A stretch of 64,000 nt of DNA from the human T2T-CHM13v2.0 reference genome, Homo sapiens: NCBI RefSeq assembly GCF_009914755.1, contig NC_060929.1. One strand, 5' to 3'. A program made the translations under genes and the position numbers. This document shows, one piece after another, positions 1 through 11,892 of the stretch (positions are counted from its first letter, which is position 1; every line of letters begins with the position of its first letter). Below the pieces are notes generated by a model. The model searched no databases, was not told where the DNA came from, and saw nothing but the letters and a program-made list of their open reading frames with translations.

Positions 1-126
1 AGTCTACTGATTCAGAAGTTAATCTTATCCAGGAATACCCTCACAGACACTCTCAGAAGAATGTTTGATCAAATGTCTAGGCACCATGTGGCCCGGTCAA
101 ATTGACACACAAAATTAACCATGACA
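1..126 (-). mobile_element. MLT2 (ERVL) LTR, 5' end; truncated by the window edge
   Basis: Reverse complement reads tgtcatggttaattttgtgtgtcaatttgaccgggccac...gacatttgatcaaacatt, matching the recalled MLT2 start TGTGATGGTTAATTTTATGTGTCAACTTGAC. Confidence 0.85.
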
Positions 127-174
127 CACTCCGTAAGTATTTGATGATTTAGTAAGTAAATGAATTCAATAAAT

Positions 175-231
175 TTGAAGTATTTAGAATAGTGGCTGGA
201 CTAGAGTAAGTGCTAAATAAATATTATTATG
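175..231 (+). mobile_element. MIR 3' end fragment
   Basis: tatttagaatagtggctggactagagtaagtgctaaataaatattattat resembles the MIR tail. Confidence 0.55.
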
Positions 232-1377
232 AATTTTCCCAAAGCTATTTGAAGTATTCTGGAACTAGGGTTGGCTTATAGTTAATCATATACAACACAG
301 CATGAAATAGTTCAGATTTGGGCATTTGACAGGAGCCTTTCAGTTCTAATGTTATCTATGCAAACACTTGATTGCAGGCTATATTGGAGACACTTTTATC
401 TTTCTCATTTTTCTTTGTGAAAAATAATTACCTAACATATTATTGGAACTCTCATATGTGATGATAGTTGATGCCAAAATTGATTTAGAGTCAAGTATTT
501 CTGTTGCGTGTTTGTGTGTGGGTTGTGTGGACACACACATGAGCATGTTGCCTGTATAGTTTATAGATCTGCCATTACTCTGATATACCAATACTTTGGT
601 ATTTGTGAGTCAAAATAGTTGTTAGAGTAACAGATTATGAACAGAAAAACAAAGATACGTCAACTAATAGTTGCCTCTTAATGATTCATTATTTACTTAG
701 CCCTGTAAAGAAACTGAGGGCACGAGAAAAGAAAATTTAACATAGTCCCTACCCTCAAACAGCTTACTGAGTTAGCCCTAAAGTAAAACCGTAGGGACTT
801 AAATGTAAAGTGTGTAAGATTGGCGATGAGCACAAATGTAATTCAAAGGAGAAGGAGTCAGTATTACTTGTAATAGGTGGAGGAGGCAGACATTGAAATA
901 ATTGCATTGCCACTCTAAAAATTTAGATTTCTTTTTTCAGTATCCCACTGAAATTGCTTTCTTGCTCTTCTTGTTTTTTTTTTTTTTTTCCACCTCTCCC
1001 ACCTGTCACAGCTTCCAAGTTCTCTCTGGTTCATCTGGGGTGGGCGTGCCTCTGGCTGAAGTATTCGTGCTCATGATTTAGACCCTTCCTGCTGTTTCTG
1101 GTAAATCACAGATATTACTAGCTTGCAAGAGGTGATTTTATTGACCTGGCAGCTGGCTTGTACAAAACTAGATTATTTTTGAAGTTAGGAGCATTTGTGA
1201 CCAATGGAACACTGAGTTTTAAAAAATCAGAATAGATGTAATCAACTCTGAGGAGAAGAAATCAAAATTACAAATGCAGGGAGATTCTTCTCTGACGGAT
1301 GATGGCTGCTCATACCTTGAGCTTGGGTAGATAATGTAGGCGCTGGCATTTATTTTCATCGTCCTGAGGATACTTAC

Positions 1378-1812
1378 TCTATTAGTCTCATAGGGCTGCC
1401 ATAACAAATTACCACAAACTTGGTGTTTTCAAGCAACACAAATTTATTCTTCCATAGTTCTGGAGGCCAGAAATCGAAAGTCAAGGCGTCAGCAGGGCCG
1501 TGCTCCCTTGGAAGGTTTTAGAGAATCCATCCTTGGCTCTTTCAGCTTGTGGTGGCACCAGGCATTCAACATCACTGCAGCCTCTACCTCCACCTTCACA
1601 TGGCCTTCATTGTGTGTGTCTTCTCTTCTTTTTATAAGGACCTTTTTGTTGGACTCAGGGCCCCCCCCCCGGTTAATCCAGGATGATCTAATCTCGAGAT
1701 CCTTTACTTAGTTATGTCTGCAAAGATCCTTTTTCCCAATAAGGTCACATTTATAGGTACCGAGGGTTGGAACTGGATACATCTTTTTGGGGCTACAATT
1801 CAACCCACTTCA
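1378..1812 (-). mobile_element. MLT1 (MaLR) solo LTR, MLT1C-like
   Basis: Starts attagtctcatagggctgccataacaaattaccacaaact; contains ttctggaggccagaa and tctgcaaagatcctttttcccaataaggtcacatt; ends acaattcaacccacttca. Confidence 0.85.
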
Positions 1813-1884
1813 CTTACCTTCCCTGCTTCTTGGTTCATTCAGACCCTGGGAAGGGCTGCAGTGTTGCTATCACAGTATGTATGG

Positions 1885-2075
1885 GGAAAATAGATCAATA
1901 AAGGTGACAGAGGGTGATAGGAGTGCAGAAGTGATGCGGTTTTGAATAAGGTGCTCAAGGAAGACTTCACTGAGAATGACATTTGATGAAGATCTGAAGG
2001 AGATGGAAAAGAGAGAGCCTTGCATGTGTCTGGGGAAGGAGCATTTTGGATGGAGGGAAGAGAAGTGGGGAAGTC
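1885..2075 (-). mobile_element. L2 fragment
   Basis: aaggaagacttcactgagaatgacatttgatgaagatctgaagg...ggggaaggagcattttggatggagggaa is typical antisense L2 3' region. Confidence 0.7.
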
Positions 2076-2077
2076 TG

Positions 2078-2300
2078 CGTAGTGAAGGTTGTAATGCGCT
2101 GCTCAGATCCCCCTTCAGTGCTGAGGCTGCTGGGAGCCTGGGCAGGTGATGATGTTCAGCTGAATCCTTCTCTGGGAATTACTCTCACCTGAAGAGAGCT
2201 GCCCCCACCAAGGTCACACTCTCTCCTTAGTGGCAGCCAATATAGAATGACTAGTCCCTATGGGAGTATAAAGCCTGGCTCCCATTCCTCAAGGCAGGAT
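2078..2300 (+). mobile_element. LTR16C-like (ERVL) LTR, 5' half
   Basis: gctgctcagatcccccttcag...cagctgaatccttctctgggaattactctcacctgaagagagctgcc...ccaaggtcac...ggcagcc...gagtataaagcctggc. Confidence 0.75.
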
Positions 2301-2736
2301 TACAGTTCTGAAGGTCAGTCATCTAAAATGGGTTTCACTGGGCTAAAATCAAAGTGTCAGGAAGGCTCCATTTCTTTCAGAGGCTCTAGGGGAGAATCTA
2401 TATCCTCTTTGTTTCAGCTTCTAATGTCTACTCTCAGGTTTTGGCTCATGGCCCTCTTCTTTCATCTTCAAAGACAGCAACAAGTGGGCCAAGTCCTCTT
2501 CAGATTGTATCACTCTGACCTGACCCTTCTGCCACCATCTTGCACACCTAAGGACCCTTGTGATTACATTGGGCCCATGTAGATAAACCAGCCTTATTTT
2601 AAGGTCAACTGAACAGCAGCCTTAATTCCATCTGCTCCCTTAGTTCTCCTTTGCTATGCATATAATACAACCTACTCACAGGTTCTGCAGGTTAGGACAT
2701 GGACATCTTTGGGAGGCGAATATTCTGCCTACTACA
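2300..2736 (-). mobile_element. MLT1D-like LTR, missing its 3' terminal ~60 bp
   Basis: tacagttctgaaggtcag...ctgggctaaaatcaaagtgtcag...aaggacccttgtgattacattgggccca...ggacatctttgggaggcgaatattctgcctactaca. Confidence 0.85.
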
Positions 2737-3119
2737 GATGGAAACATGAGTACGTCATTCACAGTAACATACAAGGCAGAGTGGGCACAGGTGCAGAGTT
2801 GTAGGTAGGTAGTCCTGGGAACTTGTGGAAGTTCTTTTCTGATTACTCGGTAAGGGAAGAAGGAAAGTCAACAGCTGGGAGGTGCCAAGGGCTTGAAAAG
2901 AGAGACAACGTTATGAATGTCCTCTGAGAGAATAAGGGATGAGTTTACCATGGCAATATAACAGCATTGCTCAGCAGTACTCAAGGCTGTCATCTGTCCT
3001 GCTTACCCCAGGATTGCTGTGAGGGTTGCTATGGATGATGCTTATAAAAGTAGTTTTTAAACTGTAAAGCACTGTATTAATGAAAGTTAGTTGACTTTCA
3101 TTGATTGGGTACCTTGTGA

Positions 3120-3330
3120 TGGTTTCTGTTCTGTGTGGTTTAGGTATATGAACTAAACTAATTCTCAGAGCAAGACTAGGAGGTGGATATCATTATTCTT
3201 ATCTCCACTGGACAGATGAAGAAATTGAGGCCTAAAGACATGAAATGCCCAAGGTTCCTCAGCTAGGCATTGGCAGGCTGGGATGTAAACCCAGTTAATC
3301 TGAACTGAGAGATTATACTCTTTATCACCA
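3120..3330 (-). mobile_element. MIR
   Basis: Antisense core acagatgaagaaattgaggcct...gcccaaggttcctcagctagg...gggatgtaaacccag. Confidence 0.75.
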
Positions 3331-3514
3331 ATCTATTCTGCTGTCTACTTCATGTGTTCACTTCTCAACCAGATTTTGTGTTCCATGAGGAGTGAAACCA
3401 GTGTCTTCTACTTAAAAGAAAAAGAACATCACTCATTGCACCTAATATAGACAGAGAGTGAGCATCCATTGAGCAAATGTAAGCATGCTAACAATTAAAA
3501 AATAGATAAATCTT

Positions 3515-3727
3515 GGGGTCAGAACAGTATTTGAGTCCTAGTTTAACCATTTAACTAGAAATATTGTGACATTTAGAAAGTCCAAGCTTCGCTTTCTTCA
3601 TCTGTGAGATGGGGATAACAATAATGCCTACCTCAAAGGGTTGCTGTGAGGATAAACTGAAGTTATGCGTGCGGGAATCCCTTTGCCTGTCACTTAGAAG
3701 GCACATAGTAAGTGTGACTAGCTATTT
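3515..3727 (+). mobile_element. MIR
   Basis: ttcttcatctgtgagatggggataacaataatgcctacctcaaagggttgctgtgaggataaa...gcacatagtaagtg. Confidence 0.8.
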
Positions 3728-4594
3728 CGCTAAATAATTGCTGTGTTGAAGGCAGGCAGTAGGGGTGATTTTTCAACCTAACTCCAAGCAAAACTCTTCA
3801 CATAATCCCATACCAGGGACCTTCAGTCCCCAGTGTCCCCCAAATTTGGGAGTTTATTGTCCAAAGACCACACACATCACCCTTTCCTCCTCTCTATGTC
3901 TTATTTTCTTTCCACATTAGGACATCAACAAATGTAATTCAAGGTCATGCAAAACACAAGTTTATTACAAACTAGAATCTTATGGTACCACTTGGCTACA
4001 GTGAGGTCATTTATAGGTACCTGGCATAATTTCTTAGTTTAACGTGACATAGCTTAGCACATTAATAGCCGTCCACACTCAACTGCAGTTTTTCTTCCTA
4101 TATCTTCATTCATTCCTTTATCTCACATATATTTATAACCCAGGCCCTGAGCCAGGAGGCCTGGGCCAGTGCAGAGCTGTCTCCTTCATCCCTCTCTTCA
4201 GGTTCCTTCCTTATGTTTTCTCCAAGTCTGTAGCCTGAATTCAGCTGGAGAACTTGCCAAGGGACATTTCCTAGTAGGTCCCAAACTTTCTATAGCATAT
4301 AATAGGGGGATCTGAGTAGTAGCTTCTCTTTGTGGAATCTTTCTCTTTGAATAGTCTTTAGCCAATTATCCTAAGACTCCCCCAACATTATGGTTTAGAA
4401 AGCCTTATGTTATGTTTCCTTGCTTTTGTTTTTTTGAGAGAATTTTGGTGAGATGCCTTTAAAATAACTTTGAGTAGCTAGAATTCAATTAAATGCTAAG
4501 TAATATTTTATACATACAATCAATATTTTAGAAGTTTTTAAAGATATCACTTGCAAGTTTTAGTAGTACTTTTATAAATATGTTAGCTATATAT

Positions 4595-4770
4595 TTAGCA
4601 ATAAGTGTGTACTATGTATTAGCCAATATGCTAAGTACCATACATATTAACTTATTTAATTCTCATAATATCTCCTGGAAAGGTGAATTTATTTGCCCAC
4701 ATTTTTTCAACTTGAGGAAACTGAAACCCAGAGAGGTTACCTGATTTTTTCAAGGTTACATGCTAGTCGA
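4595..4770 (-). mobile_element. MIR
   Basis: ttatttaattctcataa...gaggaaactgaaacccagagaggtta...caaggttacatgctagt. Confidence 0.75.
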
Positions 4771-6844
4771 TTTCAGAAGGCTTTCAGAAGTCCTCTGAGC
4801 TTTCATACCATGGCATATGGCTCCAAGGCCCTTGTCCTAACCCCAGGGCTAGAGAGAGAAAAAATGTTTTTTAGTAGGACACAGACAAAAGTTACCAACT
4901 GCAGATTCAAAAACAGTGATTTCTGTGGCTCATAGAGTTTGCCAGGGCATGATACAAAAGACATGACTTTGTCTTCTCCTCCCTCCTTTTTCTTCTCCCT
5001 CCCCTTCCATCTTCCTTCTCCTCTTCATTTCCACCTCTCCCGCTCCTTTTCTTTACACCACTCTTTTCTTGCTCTGTGATAACTGGCAACAAGGACATCT
5101 GTTTCTCTCAGGGGAAACCTAGGCCCTGCTACTCTGTTGTCCTGGCTTGCCAAGGCCCAGGGGAGGCACTCAAAGGACATGACAGAACATTTATCCACAT
5201 CTGGGTTGCTCACCCACATCATGAGTAGGAGGACGCCAATAGTCCTTTCCCTAGCCCAGCGCCAAGCCCAGGCCAGTCTTCTGTTTGAGGCAAAGAGAGC
5301 TCAGGCCTGTATCTTTCTCCTAGCCTGGTCCAATTTCATGGTCCCCTCTGAGCAAATCCTTTGACAAAAACAGTAGAAGCCTAAACACATACCCCTACCT
5401 TACCCTAAGCAATTGTTTTCAAGATAGTCCAGATAAATTCATATTTAGAAAAAAATTAAATGCACCTGAGAAAGGAGAGGCCTTTCAAAGATGAACTCAT
5501 TTGACCTTGTTAAGCTGAAAGCCTAACATTTTAGAAGCACCTTCTTCCTTGGTTGTTTCACAGATCTAAGATTTTTGCAAGGATTGTAAATAAGCATTTG
5601 TTTTATATCTGCATATCTCAATGAGTTCACACAAGAAATTCCTTATGGAAAATCCACAATGTTATAATCCACTCAAGGACAAACTCCAGCTTCTCTGCCA
5701 GCGTGCTGAAACTGACACACACATAATAAGTAGTTTTCAACTTCCGCTTGAGGCCAGGCTCCCCGTCACTCCTGTAACTTGAAATCCTACAGCTCATTTT
5801 CCAGAACTCAAGCATTTTGATCATGCGATCACGACAGAATTATGGGGGCTAAGTGGTTTGGAAGAGAAGAGAAATAATGAACTCAGTAACTAGGACTTTC
5901 AGAAGCACACTTCCCTTTTGTTACAACTTTTTTTTCTCTTGGTTTTCCTCACTGAAGTTTCTGATGTCCTGTCAACATATTAGGAATATCAAATATCACC
6001 TTTTACTTGGTTTAGACTATTCCCTCTAATGTAGCTTTGCTGTTAAATAGTTAATATCTGTAGAATTATACCCTGCTTAAAGAACAAAAATAAATATACT
6101 CTTCTCTATTTACTTTAAAACTTATGTTAGTTTTAGATTGTATTATTCTGTATATTTTATTTTAATTTTTGAGCAATTACATTTAAATTAGTCTTTAAAA
6201 ATAATCTTCCTTGGCTGATGAGTATTTACATTTCTCATTTTAATTCAACTGTAGCTTCAATTTTTATATTTTAGATGGGAAATAATTTTAAATGTCTCAT
6301 GAAAATGAAGTATGAATCATTGTAAATATCCAGGTAACCAGTTGCTCCCTTTGGCATTTAATTGGTCGGCAGTTTAACATTTCAGCCAACAAACAAACAT
6401 AGTGTGTTTTCATTGCTGAAGACTAGTGAAGATTAAAAATCCAATTAGCCATGCTGTGTGTTGCCGTCCTACCATCACATGGCAAGGCTTAATCTCCATT
6501 GGACAGCAATTAAGAGCCAGAGTTATCAGCCACTTCAGTAAGTAGGAAAGTAAGGTATTTATGAAACCAAATGTGAATTTTTTTTTTCTTTTTTTACTTT
6601 TTGGTTTGCTACGGAATCACTTTTTAAATCCTTACTTTAATCCAAGCCTTTACAGAGTAATGCATATTTTCATTGAGAAAAGTAATTTTTAAAAAATGCA
6701 TGAAAACAGAATAGTACTTGGTATGGAAAAAAGCTTTCTGCGTAGATATTTGGTAAGTACATATGATGAAAAATTCATGCAGGTTGATAAAGGGGATTAA
6801 GCAAATAATTACGGTCTGAAGACTTTCTAATTAATTATACTAAT

Positions 6845-7085
6845 GATAACTACAAATAATTGTTGAGTGCTACGCATCAAATGCTTTATTGAATTTAATC
6901 ATTGCAACATCTAATGGGGTAGGAATATTAAATTCCCTATATTACAGATGAGAAACCTGAGGCTTCAAGAGGTTGTATGATCTATGCATAGTTACATAGC
7001 AGTCAGGGGGCAGAGTCAGAATTTGAACCCAAATCTGTCTGATTAAGAGCTTATTTTCTTTCTTAATCATCAGGTTTTACTCACT
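6845..7085 (-). mobile_element. MIR
   Basis: ttacagatgagaaacctgaggcttcaagaggtt...ggcagagtcagaatttgaacccaaatctgtctga. Confidence 0.8.
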
Positions 7086-7719
7086 ATAAGCCTATGATGC
7101 CTTACCGAGCTTAGGAAATCATTCTATCAGGTGTCTGTCAGAAACTCTGAAGTTCATATTTACTTCTGGAAATAGTTCTGAGCCATTCCTCCCAGAGCCC
7201 CTATCTTTATTACTAGTCAAGGGTATATTTGGGATTTCACATTCAAATGGCACTAACTGGACTTTTCCTGCCCATCCACTAACCTAGGTCATGCTGAGGA
7301 CTCGCATTGCCCTCGATTGGATACTGTCCAGTGGTTTCTCTGTAGCTACTCCTTCTCCTATGAGTCCTGCAAGCTCCTGCATCAAAGGAAGCATTCAGAG
7401 GTAGTAGCGGGAATAGCAGGAAATAAAATTGCAGCAGAAAGCAATGAGCTGTGCTTCAGCTGAGTGTGGCAAGACTGAAATAAGAAAAGGTCCTGTATCA
7501 TCCAGAGAAATTAGGAGGGCTATGGCATGGGTCACCACCTGGGAACATCTTTGAGAGCCGGTAGAATAGGTGCCTGATTGAGCTTGCACTGTGTGCACAA
7601 AACTATACTAAGTGGCACGAGAAGACATAAAAGGAACAGAAAATGTGGTCTCTGCTGCAAGGCAATGTTTTAAGACACTGATTCCTGATAAAACCACCAG
7701 GACTTATGTGTTGAAATCA

Positions 7720-8190
7720 TAAGCTGTCCTCTTCAAAGTAGTCGCCTTAGCAATCTATGCCCTCATTTCGGCAACTCTGCTAGTGCTTATTTGCAAAAGC
7801 CCTTTGAAAATTACTTTCAGAATTCTTTTGAGGCACAAAAGAAAATCTGACTCCATTCAAAGCAGGTCTCCGTTTGATTATCCAGTTTAGTCACCTGAAT
7901 TTGGCTCTGAACTAAGTTGAACTCTTTCCAATAATCAATGCTAATATTCAGGGACAAAGGTTTTCTGTCACCATGGGTATTGGCAAGAGTGCCTTATGCA
8001 CCACCAAAGCAGTTCCTAAGCTTATTCTTGTATCCACTGTGCCCGGATCTTCAGCCAACCCATCATAAATGTTCAATAAAAAGCTTTCTTAACTTGAATT
8101 GAGAAAAAAAGAAACAAAAAATATATTCCACACACTGGCAGCATATCTGGAATAATGTAGTATCTTTTCATCAACATGTTCTGAAATAGA
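7720..8190 (+). mobile_element. MARNA-like mariner non-autonomous element, interrupted by an L2-tail-like insert (8021-8100)
   Basis: 7879-7963 translates, with stops and a frameshift, to a decayed mariner motif resembling YSPDLAPxD..LFPKIK...KGRRF. 7725-7800 (cctcttcaaagtagtcgcctt) is the reverse complement of the mariner C-terminal GDYFEG region. Confidence 0.65.
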
Positions 8191-8364
8191 TATTTATAAT
8201 TTTATCAAAGCAATTATTTGATATCTCCCCATGTCACTTACCTAGTTATAACTGCAGGATTAAAATGAGTCAAAAAGTCACTAATGCCATGTATGAGTCT
8301 CTCTCAGTCTTCATATTTTGTTTGAGAGTTACTCTCACTGGCCTACAAATCGATCTAGAACAGT

Positions 8365-8560
8365 AACAGCAGTGATGATAATATTTCTTGAGCAATCACT
8401 TCATACTAGGTATTGTCCTAATTTTATTCCACGTATTGCCTTATTTAATCCTCACAACCACCCTATAAAGAAAAAATTATTTTTATCTCCCCATTATAGA
8501 GCTAAGAAAACTGAGACTCAGGGAGTAAAGTGGCTTTTACAAAATTCCATGACCAATAAA
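8365..8560 (-). mobile_element. MIR
   Basis: ttatttaatcctcacaaccaccctataaag...ccccattatagagctaagaaaactgagactcagggagtaaagtggctt. Confidence 0.8.
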
Positions 8561-9210
8561 GGTGATTCATTACTTCAAAGAACCCCAGTCTTCCTTATTC
8601 TCCTCTTTGCTATTGTCATGATGCATTCAGTAGGGACTTATTTTAAAAATAAAAGTTTAGTGTTTTACTTTTTTTATAATTTATCTTTTTTTGTATTAAA
8701 AATGAACCCCTTCCAAAATCAGGAAACTAAAAATCACCTGAAATTGAAGCATCAAAAAGTTGATGCTTTGGTGCACATCATTGCAGATGTTGAGTTTTTG
8801 TTCATATTTCATACCTCAACAACATTCGTTGTTCCTAACCTGATTTTCTCAGAAGCTGTTTGTGAAGATGCATGCAAAAGTCAATGGCTACTTTCTCTGA
8901 GTTACCTATTGCTATAGCTAGAAAACATATGCGTATATTCTAGATCTGTTTTGCTTTTCCATGATCTTATGACTAGACTGCATTTCCCCTTAAGACAGTT
9001 GGATGTTTTTCTTTGACTTAAATATGCTTCATCATCTTCTTTTATATCATGAAGGTAGGAAGAGAAAGATGAGAAAAACACTTTTTTTAGATATCTGTGT
9101 TGGGCTAGCTTTTGTGTTTAGCAAATATTATGATTTGGTAATATACTCTAATGTATTATTTTGCTCTAACTATACTCTATATTGTACTATATAATTCTTT
9201 AGCCTACTAA

Positions 9211-9487
<277 letters not shown>

Positions 9488-10345
9488 TGTAAGTTTTTAT
9501 TCTAGATAGAAATGCTACTAAGATTCCTCATTGCATAGATGAGGATGCTGGGCATCCAAGGAGGACTAAGAGTACACAGAGAATCCATGACAGAGCTAAG
9601 ATTGGCTACCAGGGCTATAACTCCAGAGGCCAGGCAATTACCCTACATTGTGTGGTGAGAACAAGTGCATCTTTGCTGATGGGCCTACAGCTAGGGTATT
9701 TGCCCAGCTCTGCTACATAAAGGTCATTCAACGCCTGCATGTATTCTCCACTTGCCCCAGCTATTTGTACAAATGAATGCCAATATAGATTTAGCATTAC
9801 TCCTGGGTGCCAGGATATTCAACCCTGGGGCATTGTACCACCCTTTCTGGCCAGACAAGTAGGTACTGGAATTGTTTGTGGCTTCCTGGGTGCAGGGGGA
9901 TGAAGACTATTGAAGACAACTTTCAGAGAATGGGGCCAGAGTCCTCCTTACCTACCCTTGCAAGTTTCAGACATCTATTAGGTGCATCTCTGCCCTGTAC
10001 ACAAAGAGGGTTGAAGGTGTGGTAGTCCTAAACATTCTCCCTAATTTCTGTATACCTGATGTTTGACCTTGTTTCAGAATCCTGCTCTTTGTCTTAAGTA
10101 GATATCCATGGCAAATGATGCTGCCATCAACCATACGTCTTAAAGCTGCCTCCTCTGATGTATCCTAGACTTCAACCTACATCAGCAGTATCAGAGGCAC
10201 TTGATCTGTTATCCTGGTCCTCTCCCAGCTCCTTTCTAAGTATTGTCTTTGCCTCTTATGTCAATCATTGTTCAGGTCCTGCCTGCAGCCTTAAAAAAGG
10301 GAGGTTCTTTTTTATGTCTCACTTTAATTCTTTGCATTACTACAT

Positions 10346-10781
10346 TGTAGAGAGACAAAAGCTGCAGGATCCTGACTAACTCAGCATTACACTGAAGGGT
10401 GTATGATCAAACAGCAAACAGTTTATCATGAATGCAGGATGTGGGCAAACTCACATCTGTGCCTGCCACCAGAAGGTATGCTGAGTGCAGTCACTCCCTG
10501 GTGCTGTGCTCCTTGAGGTTATCTACTGGAACATCTGGAGACTACTGTGCAGAGAATGCAGTTGTGCAGGCTTGCACCAAGTCAAGCAACTAACTGACAA
10601 CCACCCCTTTCTCCCTATCTCCTTTACTCAATAAATACGAAGGGCTCTAAAAGCTCAGGGCCCTTGTTCACTAGAAGCAAGGAGCCCCCGACCCCTTCTT
10701 CCAAATCTACTCTTTTGTGTTTATCTTTATTCCTGCGTTCGTCCCCCTTTGTTCAGTCCAACAGGGATTGGGGCTGCATCA
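10346..10781 (+). mobile_element. HERV-K(HML-6) LTR3-type solo LTR, full length
   Basis: TG...CA termini; perfect 6-bp TSD ctacat (10340-10345 and 10782-10787); body aactcagcatt..atgatcaaacagcaaacagtttatcatgaatgcaggatgtgggcaaactcac...aagctcagggcccttgttcactagaagcaagg matches recalled LTR3. Confidence 0.85.
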
Positions 10782-11159
10782 CTACATCTCTTAGCTGAGT
10801 TTAATAATATGGGTTGTAGGACTTGAGGAAAAAAAATTTCCCTGCCTGATGCTCCCTTCATGAATTTGCTTCTTTGATTTAAGCCACTTAAAAAATCATC
10901 ATTAAAAGGTTACAAATCCTGTGAACCTCTTAAAATAGAATGCACTCATTAAAACACAGACCTCTAGGAGTGTGTCGATGCTGAGAGAAGTGTCTGGAAA
11001 TCCCACGTTCTTTACACTCTTGTCAAATCCAATAGAACCAACACCTTTTAATATATGCCTGCCCAGTCAACGTGAGACCACATCACCTTGACTTCAGCAT
11101 TCTGAATGTCAACATATACTCCAGTCTCAGAACTACATAGGAAGCAAATTTTGATTTGA

Positions 11160-11360
11160 TGTGCTGGGTTCAGGTTCTGTGTCTTCCTTTAACAATTGTG
11201 AAACTTTGGGCATGTCTCTTGGCTTATCTGAGTCACACTGTCCTCATCTATAAAATGAGGGCAATACCCATTCTTACTGAAAGGGTTGATGCAAGAAATT
11301 AATAAGACCATGTGTGAGATAGCACTTCATAAATGCTAGGCAAAAGTCAAGTTGTTTTCA
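11160..11360 (+). mobile_element. MIR
   Basis: tgtgaaactttgggcatgtctctt...tcctcatctataaaatgagggcaata. Confidence 0.7.
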
Positions 11361-11414
11361 TGATGGCATTTGGCAGCATTTCTCTTGAGGCACATCAACA
11401 AGTTGCAGGAGACT

Positions 11415-11620
11415 GGAGAATGCACAAGGTATGAATCACCTGCCAGCATTTGAATCTCTGGCTTTAACCTTTCTTTTACCAGCTGTGTGACCTTGGGTGA
11501 GTGATGTAACCTCTCTGAGCCTCATTTCTCCCATTTCTAAAATGGAAGTGATAATAATGGTCTTAAATTCTTGGAGCTGTGAGAATTCACTGAAGTTGGT
11601 TAGCACAGGGGTAAGTCCTC
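11415..11620 (+). mobile_element. MIR
   Basis: accagctgtgtgaccttgggtgagtgatgtaacctctctgagcctcatttctcccatttctaaaatgg. Confidence 0.85.
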
Positions 11621-11797
11621 ACCCAGAGTTGCCTAATGTTAATATTAATACTGGCTTGTATCAGGTAGCAGATGATCAGCAAATGTTAATGAACTTCGTA
11701 TGGTTCCATTTCACTGATCAGATTTTAAGCAACTGTTGCTATTAGCAGTCTTGTACTTTATTTTCAATTCTTTTACAAAGGCCAATATAGGTTTTCA

Positions 11798-11829
<32 letters not shown>

Positions 11830-11892
11830 TGTATGTGTATGTGTGTATATGTGTGCGTATGTGTGTATTTGTGTGTGTATGTGTGTGTGTGT
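11798..11892. repeat. Imperfect (TG)n/(TA) microsatellite
   Basis: ~95 bp of nearly continuous purine-pyrimidine alternation. Confidence 0.95.

Noticed and set aside
8318-8917. 199-aa ORF, the longest in the window
   Set aside because: TTG start, first half is an antisense MIR, low-complexity F/L/K composition, no recognisable domain.
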